Source: Bryobacteraceae bacterium
Lineage (GTDB): Bacteria > Acidobacteriota > Terriglobia > Bryobacterales > Bryobacteraceae
NCBI GenBank assembly: GCA_035484655.1
Contig: DATHOT010000117.1
Span: 16,414-80,413, forward strand
DNA: 64,000 nt
Direction of reading: 5' to 3'
Under the pieces are notes generated by a model. It saw nothing but the letters and a program-made list of their open reading frames with translations. It made no database searches and was not told the origin of the DNA. The position numbers were made by a program, and so were the translations under genes. Below, piece by piece: positions 21,734 through 31,544 of this stretch. Positions within the stretch are counted from its first letter, which is position 1. Every line of letters starts with the position of its first letter.

Positions 21734-23247
21734 GGGCGTTGTTTTTACTGGCCGCCTCAGGCGCGCTCGTGGGCGCGCCGGCCGACCGTGCCTCCTGCGT
21801 GAACCTGTCTAAGCTCATTCTGCCGAACACAACGATCACCAAAGCACAATTCTCCGCCGCCGGTCCCAACGCGCCGGCTCCCGATCATGGACTCGCACCC
21901 CCGAAGGACCATGAAGTAAGCGATCTGCCTGCCTTCTGCCGAGTGCTGGCGACGATTGCCCCTACTAGTGACTCCGACATCGTTGTCGAAATCTTTCTTC
22001 CTATCTCAGGTTGGAATGGCAAGTTTCAAGCCGTCGGCAATGGCGGCTGGGGCATAATTAACTACATGGCATTCAACGCAGCCCTACGCCGCGGATATGC
22101 GACGGCCACCACAAACACTGGTCACTCGAGCGGTGGCAGCGCCAGCTTCGCGCTCGGCCATCCCGAAAAGCTCACCGATTTCGCTTATCGGGCCGTACAC
22201 GAAATGACCGTCACCTCGAAGGCCATCATCACGAATTTCTACGGTAGTGGCCCGCGCTACTCTTATTGGAACGGCTGCTCGACCGGCGGCCGCCAAGGTT
22301 TGAAGGAAGCGCAGCGATTTCCGGCCGACTTCGACGGCATTATCGCGGGCGCTCCCGCCAACTATCAAACGCATCTGCATGTATGGTCTGTGGCGGTAGC
22401 CCAGGCAGTCCACAAAGAACCCGGAAGCTACATTCCGCCGGAGAAATATCCGGCCATTCACAAAGCAGCGCTGGAAGCCTGCGATGCGCTGGATGGATTG
22501 AAGGACGGCTTGATTCAAGATCCGACGCGGTGCCATTTCGATCCCCAGGTAATCGAGTGCCAGGGTGAAGATTCGCCCTCATGCTTGACCGCGCCGCAGG
22601 TGGAAGCCGCCCGCAAGATCTATGCAGCAGTGAAAAATTCTCGCACCGGCGCGGAGATTTTCCCTGGCATGGAGCCCGGCAGCGAACTGGGTTGGGCGGG
22701 GCTCGCCGGACCGAAAGCTGCCTCCGTAGCTACCGATACCTTCACCTACATCGTGTACAAAGATCCCAACTGGGACTGGCACACCTTGAATCCGGAAACT
22801 GACACCGAGCTCGCCGACAAGATCGATAATGGCCTGATCGACGCCATCGACCCCAATCTCAAGCCATTCTTCAGTCACAAAGGTAAGCTAATCATGTATC
22901 ACGGCTGGAGTGATCAGCTCATCGCGCCTGGCAACAGCGTGAATTATTACGAAAGCGTGGTGAAGAAGATGGGTGCTGCGTCGAAAGCCGCCGATGAGAT
23001 CCGGCTCTTCATGGTCCCCGGCATGGCGCACTGCGCGGGCGGCGAAGGACCCAACACTTTCGACATGGTCAGCGCCATGGAGCAATGGGTGGAGCAAGGA
23101 CACGCCCCCGAGCGGATCATTGCGTCGCACAGCCAGAACGGGACGGTAGACCGCATGCGTCCCCTCTGTCCGTATCCGCAGGTCGCGCGCTATAAAGGGA
23201 CCGGGAGCATCGACGACGCAGCGAATTTCACTTGCGCGGCGCCCTAG
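21730..23247 (+). CDS. Tannase/feruloyl esterase family alpha/beta hydrolase, exported
   Basis: Nucleophile context YWNGCSTGGRQGLKEAQRFP and FMVPGMAHCAGGEGP. Size is 505 aa. Confidence 0.9.
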   Translation: MRALFLLAASGALVGAPADRASCVNLSKLILPNTTITKAQFSAAGPNAPAPDHGLAPPKDHEVSDLPAFCRVLATIAPTSDSDIVVEIFLPISGWNGKFQAVGNGGWGIINYMAFNAALRRGYATATTNTGHSSGGSASFALGHPEKLTDFAYRAVHEMTVTSKAIITNFYGSGPRYSYWNGCSTGGRQGLKEAQRFPADFDGIIAGAPANYQTHLHVWSVAVAQAVHKEPGSYIPPEKYPAIHKAALEACDALDGLKDGLIQDPTRCHFDPQVIECQGEDSPSCLTAPQVEAARKIYAAVKNSRTGAEIFPGMEPGSELGWAGLAGPKAASVATDTFTYIVYKDPNWDWHTLNPETDTELADKIDNGLIDAIDPNLKPFFSHKGKLIMYHGWSDQLIAPGNSVNYYESVVKKMGAASKAADEIRLFMVPGMAHCAGGEGPNTFDMVSAMEQWVEQGHAPERIIASHSQNGTVDRMRPLCPYPQVARYKGTGSIDDAANFTCAAP

Positions 23248-23268
23248 CCTGCGGGCGATCTCCGTGTG

Positions 23269-23811
23269 TTAGTGCAGCACCGTAAACGGCACCGAAACTT
23301 CGGTCTTCTCCCAAGCGATTGCGAGCGTGCCTTTATTGCCGCCAGCGTTCGTTAGCGTGAATTTGAGCGTCTCCACCGGCTCGGGCAGCGTCTTAATGTT
23401 CATCGGAACCCGGCCGAAATCACGATCGGGATGATACTCGGTGTGAAACTGGCCGGTCTGCTTGTTGACGATCAGCTTCCACTCTTTCTCCGTGGGGAGC
23501 GTATACAGCGTGTAGTTGCCCTTGGGCAATTTCATGCCGTTGATATCCAGATCGGCCTCGGTCATGATGGACGTCTGGTCGTTGGCGCCGGTGCACCACA
23601 CTTCGCCGTAGGGCACCAATCCACCCATGACTTTTCGCCCGCGCGCCGAAGGTGCGCCGTAATCAATCCGAATGGTCTTGCCTTCGATCGTGACCGACGC
23701 GCTAGTCGGCGGGCTGAGCACAGGACGCCGCTGAAATTGTGCCGACGCGACCCATGCCAACCCTCCCGCGACCACAATCCCAATACCCATCGACTTCTGG
23801 AAACGGGTCAT
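23269..23811 (-). CDS. DUF2911-like exported protein
   Basis: Signal peptide. YGAPSARGRKVMGGLVPYGEVWCTGANDQT resembles the DUF2911 family as I remember it. Confidence 0.65.
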   Translation of the reverse strand: MTRFQKSMGIGIVVAGGLAWVASAQFQRRPVLSPPTSASVTIEGKTIRIDYGAPSARGRKVMGGLVPYGEVWCTGANDQTSIMTEADLDINGMKLPKGNYTLYTLPTEKEWKLIVNKQTGQFHTEYHPDRDFGRVPMNIKTLPEPVETLKFTLTNAGGNKGTLAIAWEKTEVSVPFTVLH

Positions 23812-23911
23812 AAGACAGCCTCCCGTCTCATCTTACGCCCAAGCACAATGCTCCGCACCGAACCCGCATGTTATTCTTTCCAATTCGAGGTTTTCCTTGG
23901 AGCCAGCACCC

Positions 23912-26338
23912 ATGGCCACCATCGCACCCACCACTACGCCCCTAACGTCCTCCACTAGAGACCGTCTTCCCCTGCTGCTGATCCTGGTCGCGGCTAGCGG
24001 CTGCGCGGCGCTTATCTACGAAGTGGTCTGGTACCAACTGCTGCCGCTCGCGATCGGATCCACCTCTGTATCGCTCGGCATTCTGCTGGCTGCCTTCATG
24101 GGCGGATTGTGCATCGGCAGTCTGTGGTTGCCGCGCGTACTCCCACGGCGCCACCCGTTGCAGATTTATGCCGCGCTCGAGCTGGGCATCGGCGTCTGCG
24201 CGATCCTGGTGCAGTTCGGTCTTCCCTTCCTCAATCGCATTTACATCGCCGGCGCCGAACATGGACTGCCTGGAATGCTGCTGCGCGGTTCATTGGCTGG
24301 AATCTGTCTGCTTCCGCCGACCATCCTTATGGGAGCGTCGTTCCCGGTCATCATTCGCTGGGTGGAGCGATCGCGCCCTCGCGTCAACTGGTGGGGATTC
24401 TTCTATGGCGGCAACACCGCGGGCGCCGTGTTCGGCTGCCTGCTGGCCGGCTTCTATCTGCTGCGGATTTACGACATGGCCACCGCGACGTACGTGGCGG
24501 CAGCCATCAATCTCGTTGTAGCCGCGGCCAGTCTCGCACTTGCGGCGAACATGCCGGACCACGGGGCAATTCATCCCCTCAGGGAACCCATCCGGCTAAT
24601 CACATCAGATAGCAGGTGGCCGATCTATCTGACCATCGCGCTGTCGGGTGCCTGCGCTCTCGCCGCCGAAGTGGTCTGGACGCGCCTGCTCAGTATGCTT
24701 CTGCTGGGCACGGTCTATGTGTTTTCCATCATCCTGGCCGTGTTCTTGACGGGCCTGGCGATTGGCAGCGCCGCGGGCTCTTCGCTCCTCAAGCGTATCG
24801 ACTCGCGCGCCGCACTCGGCTGGTGCCAGATCCTGCTGACTGTAACGGTCGCCTGGGCCGCTTACACGATCGTCCACATCCTGCCCGTCTGGAAGGACAA
24901 CGTGCTCGTGACCAACGATGCATGGCGGATGTACGGGCTCGATTTGAACCGCTGCCTGCTCGCGCTTCTTCCGGCCACTCTATTCTGGGGCGCAAGTTTC
25001 CCGCTCGCCTGCGCGGCTGCGGCTCAGCTCGGCGGAGAGCCGGGAATCGTGGCCGGTGAAGTCTATGCCGCCAACACCGTGGGCGGAATCGCCGGCGCAC
25101 TGCTGATGAGCCTGGTTCTGATCCCTGGGATCGGCTCGCAGCAGTCGCAGCGTCTTCTGGTCGTTGCATCCGCAATCGCCGGTTGGCTGATTTTGGTGCC
25201 GCTTTTCCGCCGTTCGATAGTCGCCGCGGCCGCTCTTGTCGCCTCCGTTCCGCTGGTCTGTTTTCTAGCCTGGAAGGTCGATCCGATCCCCGGAGACCTC
25301 ATCGCTTACGGCCGCCGCATGCCTATCAATGCCGGCAACTCGAAAATCCTGTATACCGCCGAGGGCCGGAACTCTTCGGTCGCGATTTCGCAATGGTACA
25401 ACGGCACCGTCTATGTCAACGTGAATGGCCACGTGGAGGCCACCACCGAGGCCTATGACATGACGCTGCAGCGCATGGTCGGACATCTGCCGGCGCTGCT
25501 GCATCCCGATCCGCGATCGGTGTTGGGCATCGGCTTCGGCGCCGGCGTTTCCGCTGGAACCTTCACCCGTTATCCAGGGATCCAGAAAATTACGATCTGC
25601 GAGATCGAGCCGGTCATTCCGCCGGCGTCGACCAAATTCTTCTCGGCGCAGAATTACGGTGTCGCGAATAACCCGAAGACTCACATCGTTTTCGACGATG
25701 CCCGCCATTATCTGCTCACCACCACCGAGAAGTTCGACATCATCGCGTCCGATCCCCTGGACGTGTTCATCAAAGGGACCGCCGCGTTGTATTCGCGGGA
25801 ATATTTCGACGCCGTCAAGGAACATCTGAATCCGGGCGGCATGTTCACGCTTTATGTGCCGCTCTATGAAACCGACGAACCCACCATTCGCAGTGAGCTG
25901 GCGACTTTCTTCGACGCCTTTCCGAACGGCACTCTGTGGGCCAACCTGCGCGAAGGCCAGGGTTACGACATGGTCTTCATGGGACAAGTCGAGCCGCTGA
26001 AGATCGACCTGGATGAAGTACAGCGCCGGTTCAGCCGCCCCGACTACGCGGCGGTCAGGCAGTCACTCGCCGACATCGAGATCAATTCTCCTTACGATCT
26101 TTTCTCGACCTATACGGGTACTGGATCCGATCTGCAGCCCTGGACCCAAGGCGCGCTGATCAACACCGACAAAGATCTGCGCCTGTCTTATCTGGCCGGG
26201 TGGGGAATCAATTCCGATATGGCCGACGCTCTGTATCGCGAGATGTTGAAGTACCGCCAGCCTCCCGTTGGAATATTTTCCGGATCGCCGGAGCGGCTCC
26301 GGCCACTGATGATAGTGCTCGGCGGCCGCGGGCAGTAG
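23912..26338 (+). CDS. Polytopic membrane domain fused to a spermidine synthase-like domain
   Basis: About 500 aa of repeated hydrophobic helices, then a class I fold with VLGIGFGAGVSAGT and FDIIASDPLD. ATG at 23912; the ORF also opens at TTG 23897. Confidence 0.8.
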   Translation: MATIAPTTTPLTSSTRDRLPLLLILVAASGCAALIYEVVWYQLLPLAIGSTSVSLGILLAAFMGGLCIGSLWLPRVLPRRHPLQIYAALELGIGVCAILVQFGLPFLNRIYIAGAEHGLPGMLLRGSLAGICLLPPTILMGASFPVIIRWVERSRPRVNWWGFFYGGNTAGAVFGCLLAGFYLLRIYDMATATYVAAAINLVVAAASLALAANMPDHGAIHPLREPIRLITSDSRWPIYLTIALSGACALAAEVVWTRLLSMLLLGTVYVFSIILAVFLTGLAIGSAAGSSLLKRIDSRAALGWCQILLTVTVAWAAYTIVHILPVWKDNVLVTNDAWRMYGLDLNRCLLALLPATLFWGASFPLACAAAAQLGGEPGIVAGEVYAANTVGGIAGALLMSLVLIPGIGSQQSQRLLVVASAIAGWLILVPLFRRSIVAAAALVASVPLVCFLAWKVDPIPGDLIAYGRRMPINAGNSKILYTAEGRNSSVAISQWYNGTVYVNVNGHVEATTEAYDMTLQRMVGHLPALLHPDPRSVLGIGFGAGVSAGTFTRYPGIQKITICEIEPVIPPASTKFFSAQNYGVANNPKTHIVFDDARHYLLTTTEKFDIIASDPLDVFIKGTAALYSREYFDAVKEHLNPGGMFTLYVPLYETDEPTIRSELATFFDAFPNGTLWANLREGQGYDMVFMGQVEPLKIDLDEVQRRFSRPDYAAVRQSLADIEINSPYDLFSTYTGTGSDLQPWTQGALINTDKDLRLSYLAGWGINSDMADALYREMLKYRQPPVGIFSGSPERLRPLMIVLGGRGQ

Positions 26339-26350
26339 GTCGGGCGAGCG

Positions 26351-27106
26351 TCACTTCGCCAGTGGGGGTGCCTTGATGTGGCCCTCGCGCAGATCCTTGT
26401 TGTTCTCCTCGCACGAGTATTCGAGCAATTCCCAGTCGGGCCGCAGCGTGAACGTTCGAACGTTTTTCCACGGTTTCGCATAGGTCTTTGGATCGTCCAC
26501 CGTCACCGTGTAAGTGACGTGGCCCGCATCCGCCCGTTCGAAGGTTTCGACCATATGCAAGGCGTCGCTATGGGGATGCCCGACGGTGTCGAGTCGTGTC
26601 TGGCCGTTGAAGTCGATCGTGTCGATGACCAGGGTGTCACCATCCCACTTGCCGACGGAGTTTCCAAACCACGTGGGATCCAGGTCCTTCGAATGGCCGC
26701 GCCCGTCCGTAGGGACAACGTGAAACCAGGTATTCTGCTCGTACAAGAAAGCAACGTACTTCGCGCTCTGCACGATCTGCATCGCGTGCGGCGAGTTCAT
26801 CGACCGCAGGAGGCCAAATGGCAGGCAGCTTCCGGTGTAGTCGCCATTCTTCGCCGGGTCGTAGGTTTTCCAATTGTCGGCGCCCCAGGCTGTGAACGAA
26901 AGTTCTGGAACGCCCTGCTGGCCGGGCCCGTTCTTAGTGATATCGGGAACATAGGGCCGCTGCCAGACGCCGTTGAGGTCGGGCTTGCCGTCGGGGAGCC
27001 TGGGCGCGGCACCGGTTGGAGCGGCCGGCTTTTGCCCAAAGGCGAACAAACCGGATAGAAGCAAGATGGTGGCTAGCGCCGCGGCGGACTTGGCGAATAA
27101 CATCAA
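26351..27106 (-). CDS. Exported protein of unknown function
   Basis: Clear signal peptide MMLFAKSAAALATILLLSGLFAFG. Coding-like 251-aa ORF. I recognise no family. Confidence 0.6.
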   Translation of the reverse strand: MMLFAKSAAALATILLLSGLFAFGQKPAAPTGAAPRLPDGKPDLNGVWQRPYVPDITKNGPGQQGVPELSFTAWGADNWKTYDPAKNGDYTGSCLPFGLLRSMNSPHAMQIVQSAKYVAFLYEQNTWFHVVPTDGRGHSKDLDPTWFGNSVGKWDGDTLVIDTIDFNGQTRLDTVGHPHSDALHMVETFERADAGHVTYTVTVDDPKTYAKPWKNVRTFTLRPDWELLEYSCEENNKDLREGHIKAPPLAK

Positions 27107-27171
27107 CCTAGAAGGTACGCCCAGGGCGCCATGCTGTCAAGGTACTGCAAGAAACCAACGCGACACACGAC

Positions 27172-27816
27172 TCACTTCTTTTTGATAAGAACATGCGTTG
27201 CACTTTCTCCGGAGACGGTCCTGAAGGGTGTGAAGCCGAGCTTAGGAAGATTGATTCCGGAAAATAGATGTTCCCCTTCGCCCAGAAGAACCGGCGAGAC
27301 GGCTAAGTGGATCTCGTCGATCTGGTCCGCGGCTAGGTATTGACGGATCACGGATACGCCGCCGCCGATTCGGACGTCTTTGCCTTCAGCCGCTTCTTTC
27401 GCCTTCTTTAAAGCAGACTCCAGCCCATCAGTGACGAAGTGGAACTTGGTACTGCCTTCCATCGCGAGGGGAGACCGCGCGTAATGCGTGAGCACAAAAA
27501 CAGGCGTATGGTACGGAGGATTGTCACCCCACCATCCCTTCCAGGAATCATCTTTCCATGGACCCCGAACCGGCCCGAACATATTACGGCCTAGAATCCA
27601 GGCGCCCACGTTTTCGAAAGATCGAGCGGCAAAATCGTTATCGATGCCTTGGGTGCCACCGCTTTGACCGTGCACCTTCTTGAATACTTCTGTGTTTTGG
27701 AACCACGTATGTAGCTCGAGGCCGCGAACCCCGAGGGGATTATTCAGGTCTTGCCGGGGCCCCGCCCCAAATCCATCCAGTGAAATTGAAAACGCACCGA
27801 CTTTAACTTTGCTCAT
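27172..27816 (-). CDS. Dihydrofolate reductase family protein (RibD C-terminal domain type)
   Basis: MSKVKVGAFSISLDGFGAG start and IDEIHLAVSPVLLGEG. Size is 214 aa. Confidence 0.8.
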   Translation of the reverse strand: MSKVKVGAFSISLDGFGAGPRQDLNNPLGVRGLELHTWFQNTEVFKKVHGQSGGTQGIDNDFAARSFENVGAWILGRNMFGPVRGPWKDDSWKGWWGDNPPYHTPVFVLTHYARSPLAMEGSTKFHFVTDGLESALKKAKEAAEGKDVRIGGGVSVIRQYLAADQIDEIHLAVSPVLLGEGEHLFSGINLPKLGFTPFRTVSGESATHVLIKKK

Positions 27817-27904
27817 TCGTTTGAAGCCTAGACTCTGAAATATCTGATCGGCCGCGATCCACGTAGCCGTGCTACATTATGAAACAATCCAGGAGGATTG
27901 CGCG

Positions 27905-29821
27905 ATGGCGAAATCCAAGAAGACTTCGGTTGCTCGTCGTAATTTCTTGAAGGGGGCGGCCGCCGGCGCGGCAGCTCTGGTTGCTAAGCCCCAACCTACA
28001 ATTGCACAGCAAACCGCGCAGAAAGGTGGCAACGCCACCGCGCCCATTCCGTCCAGCGCCGCCTTGGAGCGCGAAGCCCCCACCAGCGAGGGCGGACGCG
28101 GCTCCGAAGCTCCCGGAAAAATCATCGAGCATCCTGGCTCCGACTTCATGGTGGACGTGATCAAGTCGCTCAAGATTGACTATCTCGGTTCCAACCCCGG
28201 CTCAACCTTTGAATCGCTGCATGAGTCGCTCATTAATTACGGCAACAACCAGATGCCGGAGTTCCTGACCTGCTGCCACGAGGAATCGGCCGTCGCCATG
28301 GCGCACGGCTATTACAAGATCGAAGGCCGGCCGATGATGGCGCTTCTGCACGGCACCGTCGGGCTCCAGCACGCTTCGATGGCCATCTACAACGCGTACG
28401 CCGACCGTGTCCCGATCTATATGATCGTCGGCAACCACTCCGACGCCGCGGTCCGGCGGCCTGGCGTGGAATGGTATCACAGCGCGCAGGATCTGCCGGC
28501 GCTGGTGCGCGACTACGTAAAGTGGGACGATCAGCCGGCTTCGCTGCAGCATTTCGCCGATTCCGCCGTGCGCGCTTACAAAGTTGCGATGACGCCGCCC
28601 ATGGGTCCGGTGCTGCTGGTGGCGCATCACGAACTGCAGTCGCGGCCCAATACCGAACCCAGCAGTCTGCGCATTCCGCACATGACTCCGACCGCGCCTC
28701 CGCAAGGCGACACGGACGCCGTGAACGAAGCGGCCAAGCTGCTTGTCGCGGCCGAGCGGCCCATGATCATCGCGCAACGATCCGCCCGAACTCCCAAGGG
28801 TGTCACGCTGCTAGTGGAGCTGGCCGAGACTTTGCAAGCGCCGGTCGAGAACCAGGAGCGGATGAATTTCCCGTCGCATCATCCTCTCAACGGCGTCGGC
28901 TGGCCCGGTTACCAACCGGACGTCACACTCTGCCTCGAAGTCAACGACGTCTCGAATACCGAACGCATCGCCCGGGGCCGCAACGCCAAGGTCATCAACA
29001 TCTCTTCGGTCGATCTGTTCATGAAGAGCAACATCCAGGATTTCGGCCGCTATGCCGACGTCGACATCGATATCGGAGCCGATGCCGAAGCCACGCTACC
29101 GGCCTTGATCGAAGCCTGCAAGCGTCTCATCACGCCGGACCGTAAACGCGCCATGGAAGATCGGGGCGCCAAGCTGGCCGAGGCGCACAAGAAAGCTCGC
29201 GCGATGTCGATCGAGCAGGCGTCGTACGGCTGGGATTCGAGCCCCATCACTTTGGCCCGCCTCTGCGCGGAACTGTGGCCGCTAATCAAGAACGAAGACT
29301 GGTCGCTGGTGTCGTGGCAAGGTTTCATCAGCAACTGGCCGAACCGGTTGTGGAAGTTCGACAAGCACTACCAATACATCGGTGGCCAAGGCGCGGGCGG
29401 CATGGGCTACGGCGCTCCGGCGGCAGTGGGCGCGGCGCTCGCTAACAAGAAGTACGGCCGGTTCTCGCTCAACATCCAGACTGATGGCGATCTCAACTAC
29501 GCTCCCGGCGTGTTGTGGACCGCCGCGCATCACCGCATCCCGCTGCTCACCATTATGCACAACAACCGCGGTTATCACATGGAGGTAATGTTCGTCGAGC
29601 AGCAGGCCAGCCTGCACAATCGCGGCGCCGATCGCGCTCATATCGGCACCAAGCTGTGGGATCCGAATATCGATTACGCAAAAATGGCGCAAGCTTACGG
29701 CATGCACGGCGAAGGTCCAATCAGCGACCCTAAGGACCTGGTCGCGGCGCTCCAGCGTGGCATCGAAGTCGTCAAGCGCGGCGAGCCGGCCATGATCGAC
29801 GTGGTCACGCAGCCGCGGTAA
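27905..29821 (+). CDS. Thiamine-diphosphate-dependent enzyme (acetolactate synthase/pyruvate oxidase superfamily) with twin-arginine signal
   Basis: ATG at 27905, 8 nt after AGGAGG. Tat motif VARRNFLKGAAAGAAALVA. N-domain CCHEESAVAMAHGY. ThDP motif IQTDGDLNY...IMHNNRGY. Confidence 0.85.
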   Translation: MAKSKKTSVARRNFLKGAAAGAAALVAKPQPTIAQQTAQKGGNATAPIPSSAALEREAPTSEGGRGSEAPGKIIEHPGSDFMVDVIKSLKIDYLGSNPGSTFESLHESLINYGNNQMPEFLTCCHEESAVAMAHGYYKIEGRPMMALLHGTVGLQHASMAIYNAYADRVPIYMIVGNHSDAAVRRPGVEWYHSAQDLPALVRDYVKWDDQPASLQHFADSAVRAYKVAMTPPMGPVLLVAHHELQSRPNTEPSSLRIPHMTPTAPPQGDTDAVNEAAKLLVAAERPMIIAQRSARTPKGVTLLVELAETLQAPVENQERMNFPSHHPLNGVGWPGYQPDVTLCLEVNDVSNTERIARGRNAKVINISSVDLFMKSNIQDFGRYADVDIDIGADAEATLPALIEACKRLITPDRKRAMEDRGAKLAEAHKKARAMSIEQASYGWDSSPITLARLCAELWPLIKNEDWSLVSWQGFISNWPNRLWKFDKHYQYIGGQGAGGMGYGAPAAVGAALANKKYGRFSLNIQTDGDLNYAPGVLWTAAHHRIPLLTIMHNNRGYHMEVMFVEQQASLHNRGADRAHIGTKLWDPNIDYAKMAQAYGMHGEGPISDPKDLVAALQRGIEVVKRGEPAMIDVVTQPR

Positions 29822-29830
29822 GGAGTAAGC

Positions 29831-30172
29831 GTGAACAAGATAATCTTGATCCTGGTCTTGGCCGTTATGGCGGCGGCGCAATCGAAAGCGCCCTCGGGTG
29901 ACGCCGCGCGCGGCAAAGAGATGTACGTGAAATACACCTGCTACGCCTGTCACAGCTTCGATGGCCATGGAGGCGCCGGCGCGCGCCTGGTTCCGATGAA
30001 GATGCTGCTGCCGGTGTTCACGGCCTACGTGCGCGCCCCGCGCCAGATGCCGGCCTATCGGGAAAAGGTGATGTCCGACTCCGACCTCGCCGACGTGTAC
30101 GCGTACATCAAATCGATTCCCGAATCCCCCGCCGCCAAGAGCATTCCGCTACTGTCGCAATTGCCCCAGTAA
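29831..30172 (+). CDS. Exported monohaem c-type cytochrome
   Basis: GTG start 9 nt after the TPP gene. Signal peptide. Haem motif CYACHSFDG. Size is 113 aa. Confidence 0.8.
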   Translation: MNKIILILVLAVMAAAQSKAPSGDAARGKEMYVKYTCYACHSFDGHGGAGARLVPMKMLLPVFTAYVRAPRQMPAYREKVMSDSDLADVYAYIKSIPESPAAKSIPLLSQLPQ

Positions 30173-30177
30173 CGGCG

Positions 30178-30300
30178 TTAAGAATAAAGCTTCAGACCAA
30201 ACTGCAGCTCTCGCATAAAGAGCCCCGCTCGGATGCTGTTTATCGTGCCAAAATCTCCTGTACCTGGGGATCGGCTGCCAGCAGTAGCATAGTCTGTTCT
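30178..30300 (-). pseudogene. Orphan 3' fragment of a TonB-dependent receptor gene
   Basis: The minus-strand reading ends ...GTGDFGTINSIRAGLFMRELQFGLKLYS*. Compare the C-terminus TSRQIQFGLKLRW of the receptor at 49133-52402. No barrel or plug sequence lies upstream. Confidence 0.5.
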
Positions 30301-30543
30301 CGTTTTTATCAGCTTGCCATTTTGGGTCACTCCCCCTTGGATTCTCTTCCCGCGCGCCGCCACTCCAGGCGGCGTTAGGCCATTCTCACGGCGTCCGCAG
30401 GAGTCCAGCCACGGCACGTTTGAGAACGTGCGCAAGGCAGGCTCGCCCACGCCCGTGCCCACCCCCGGTGCGATCCAGCGCAGCTTGCTGTATACTGGCT
30501 GCTAACCCGGAACCACGACGAGATCCGGCTGAAAGGAGAGCAA

Positions 30544-31371
30544 ATGGAGATCGACAGACGCGCGTTCTTTGCCAGCCTCGGTGGCGCGGCCGCCATCAGT
30601 GCCATGGACTCGGAGGCAAAAGCAGACGCACTGGAAGATTATATGTCCGAGCAGTTGGACAACGGAGCAGCCAACAGCGCTTCCACCACCAGCCCCGACA
30701 AGAAGTTTCCAACCGTAGCCGAACTGGATGCCCAGATTACAACGCGTGACTATCGCAGAGGTGTCGGCACTCTTTTTGCCAACAACGGTAGAAACGTCAA
30801 GAAGCTCGAGCCGCTGCCCGCCAACCCAACCCTGCTCGATTTCTTCAAGTACCGGTTCGCTCCCGCCAACCACGTTCTCCAAAGCGCCACCCGCGCTATG
30901 AAAACTGGCATGACAGAGGAAATCATCCTGGCCTGCCTGCTTCACGACGTCGTGCAGTCTTTGATCAAGCCCGATCACGGATGGTGGGGCGCTCAGCTCT
31001 TCGAGCCCTATATTTCTCCCAAAGCAACCTTCGCCATTCGGTACCACCAGACCCTTCGTTTCTATCCCGATTCAGCGGCCGGATATGAGTACCCGGACCT
31101 GTACTACAGAATATTCGGGAAGGATTACACGCCGCCGCCGCACATCGAAGCCACGTATAAAATGCTCAAAAACCACAAGTGGTACATGGAACCACGGCTG
31201 GTAACTGTAAACGATTTGTACGCCTTCGACCCCAACGCAGTGGTGACCATCGATCCGTTCGTCGACATCGTCGGACGCCACTTCAAGCAGCCCAAAGAAG
31301 GCCTGGGCAACGACAACAGTCCGGTCGCCCACATGTGGCGCACCATCGCGCGGCCCGATTCGCCCCTGTAA
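30544..31371 (+). CDS. HD-domain protein resembling the myo-inositol oxygenase/PhnZ diiron oxygenase group, with Tat-like signal
   Basis: RBS AAAGGAGAG. N-terminus MEIDRRAFFASLGGAAAISAM. NHVLQSATRAM...ACLLHDV (H...HD), DHGWWGAQ, and AIRYHQTLRFYP, which resembles the MIOX IRYHSFYPWH region. Confidence 0.6.
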   Translation: MEIDRRAFFASLGGAAAISAMDSEAKADALEDYMSEQLDNGAANSASTTSPDKKFPTVAELDAQITTRDYRRGVGTLFANNGRNVKKLEPLPANPTLLDFFKYRFAPANHVLQSATRAMKTGMTEEIILACLLHDVVQSLIKPDHGWWGAQLFEPYISPKATFAIRYHQTLRFYPDSAAGYEYPDLYYRIFGKDYTPPPHIEATYKMLKNHKWYMEPRLVTVNDLYAFDPNAVVTIDPFVDIVGRHFKQPKEGLGNDNSPVAHMWRTIARPDSPL

Positions 31372-31425
31372 ATAAGACCGGCCGTACTTCTTTTCGACAG
31401 CTCGCCCTGATATGTCAAATTTGCC

Positions 31426-31454
31426 TTGACTTTCAGGTGCAGATCGCATATTCT
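31426..31454 (+). promoter_or_regulatory. Candidate sigma-70-type promoter (TTGACT-17 nt-TATTCT)
   Basis: TTGACT at 31426-31431 and TATTCT at 31449-31454, about 90 nt upstream of the receptor start at 31545. Confidence 0.3.
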
Positions 31455-31544
31455 CATCCAAAAGCAGGGTTAATGGACCCTGGCCATTGAAGTATTGCTA
31501 AGCGAAAAAAGGGGTTTTCCACCTCAGCGTTGGAGGAGAATTGT

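Noticed and set aside
27869-27904. GTG start giving 12 extra residues on the ThDP enzyme
   Set aside because: The AGGAGG at 27891-27896 lies inside this extension and is correctly spaced for the ATG at 27905. That start places the RR motif at a normal distance from the N-terminus.
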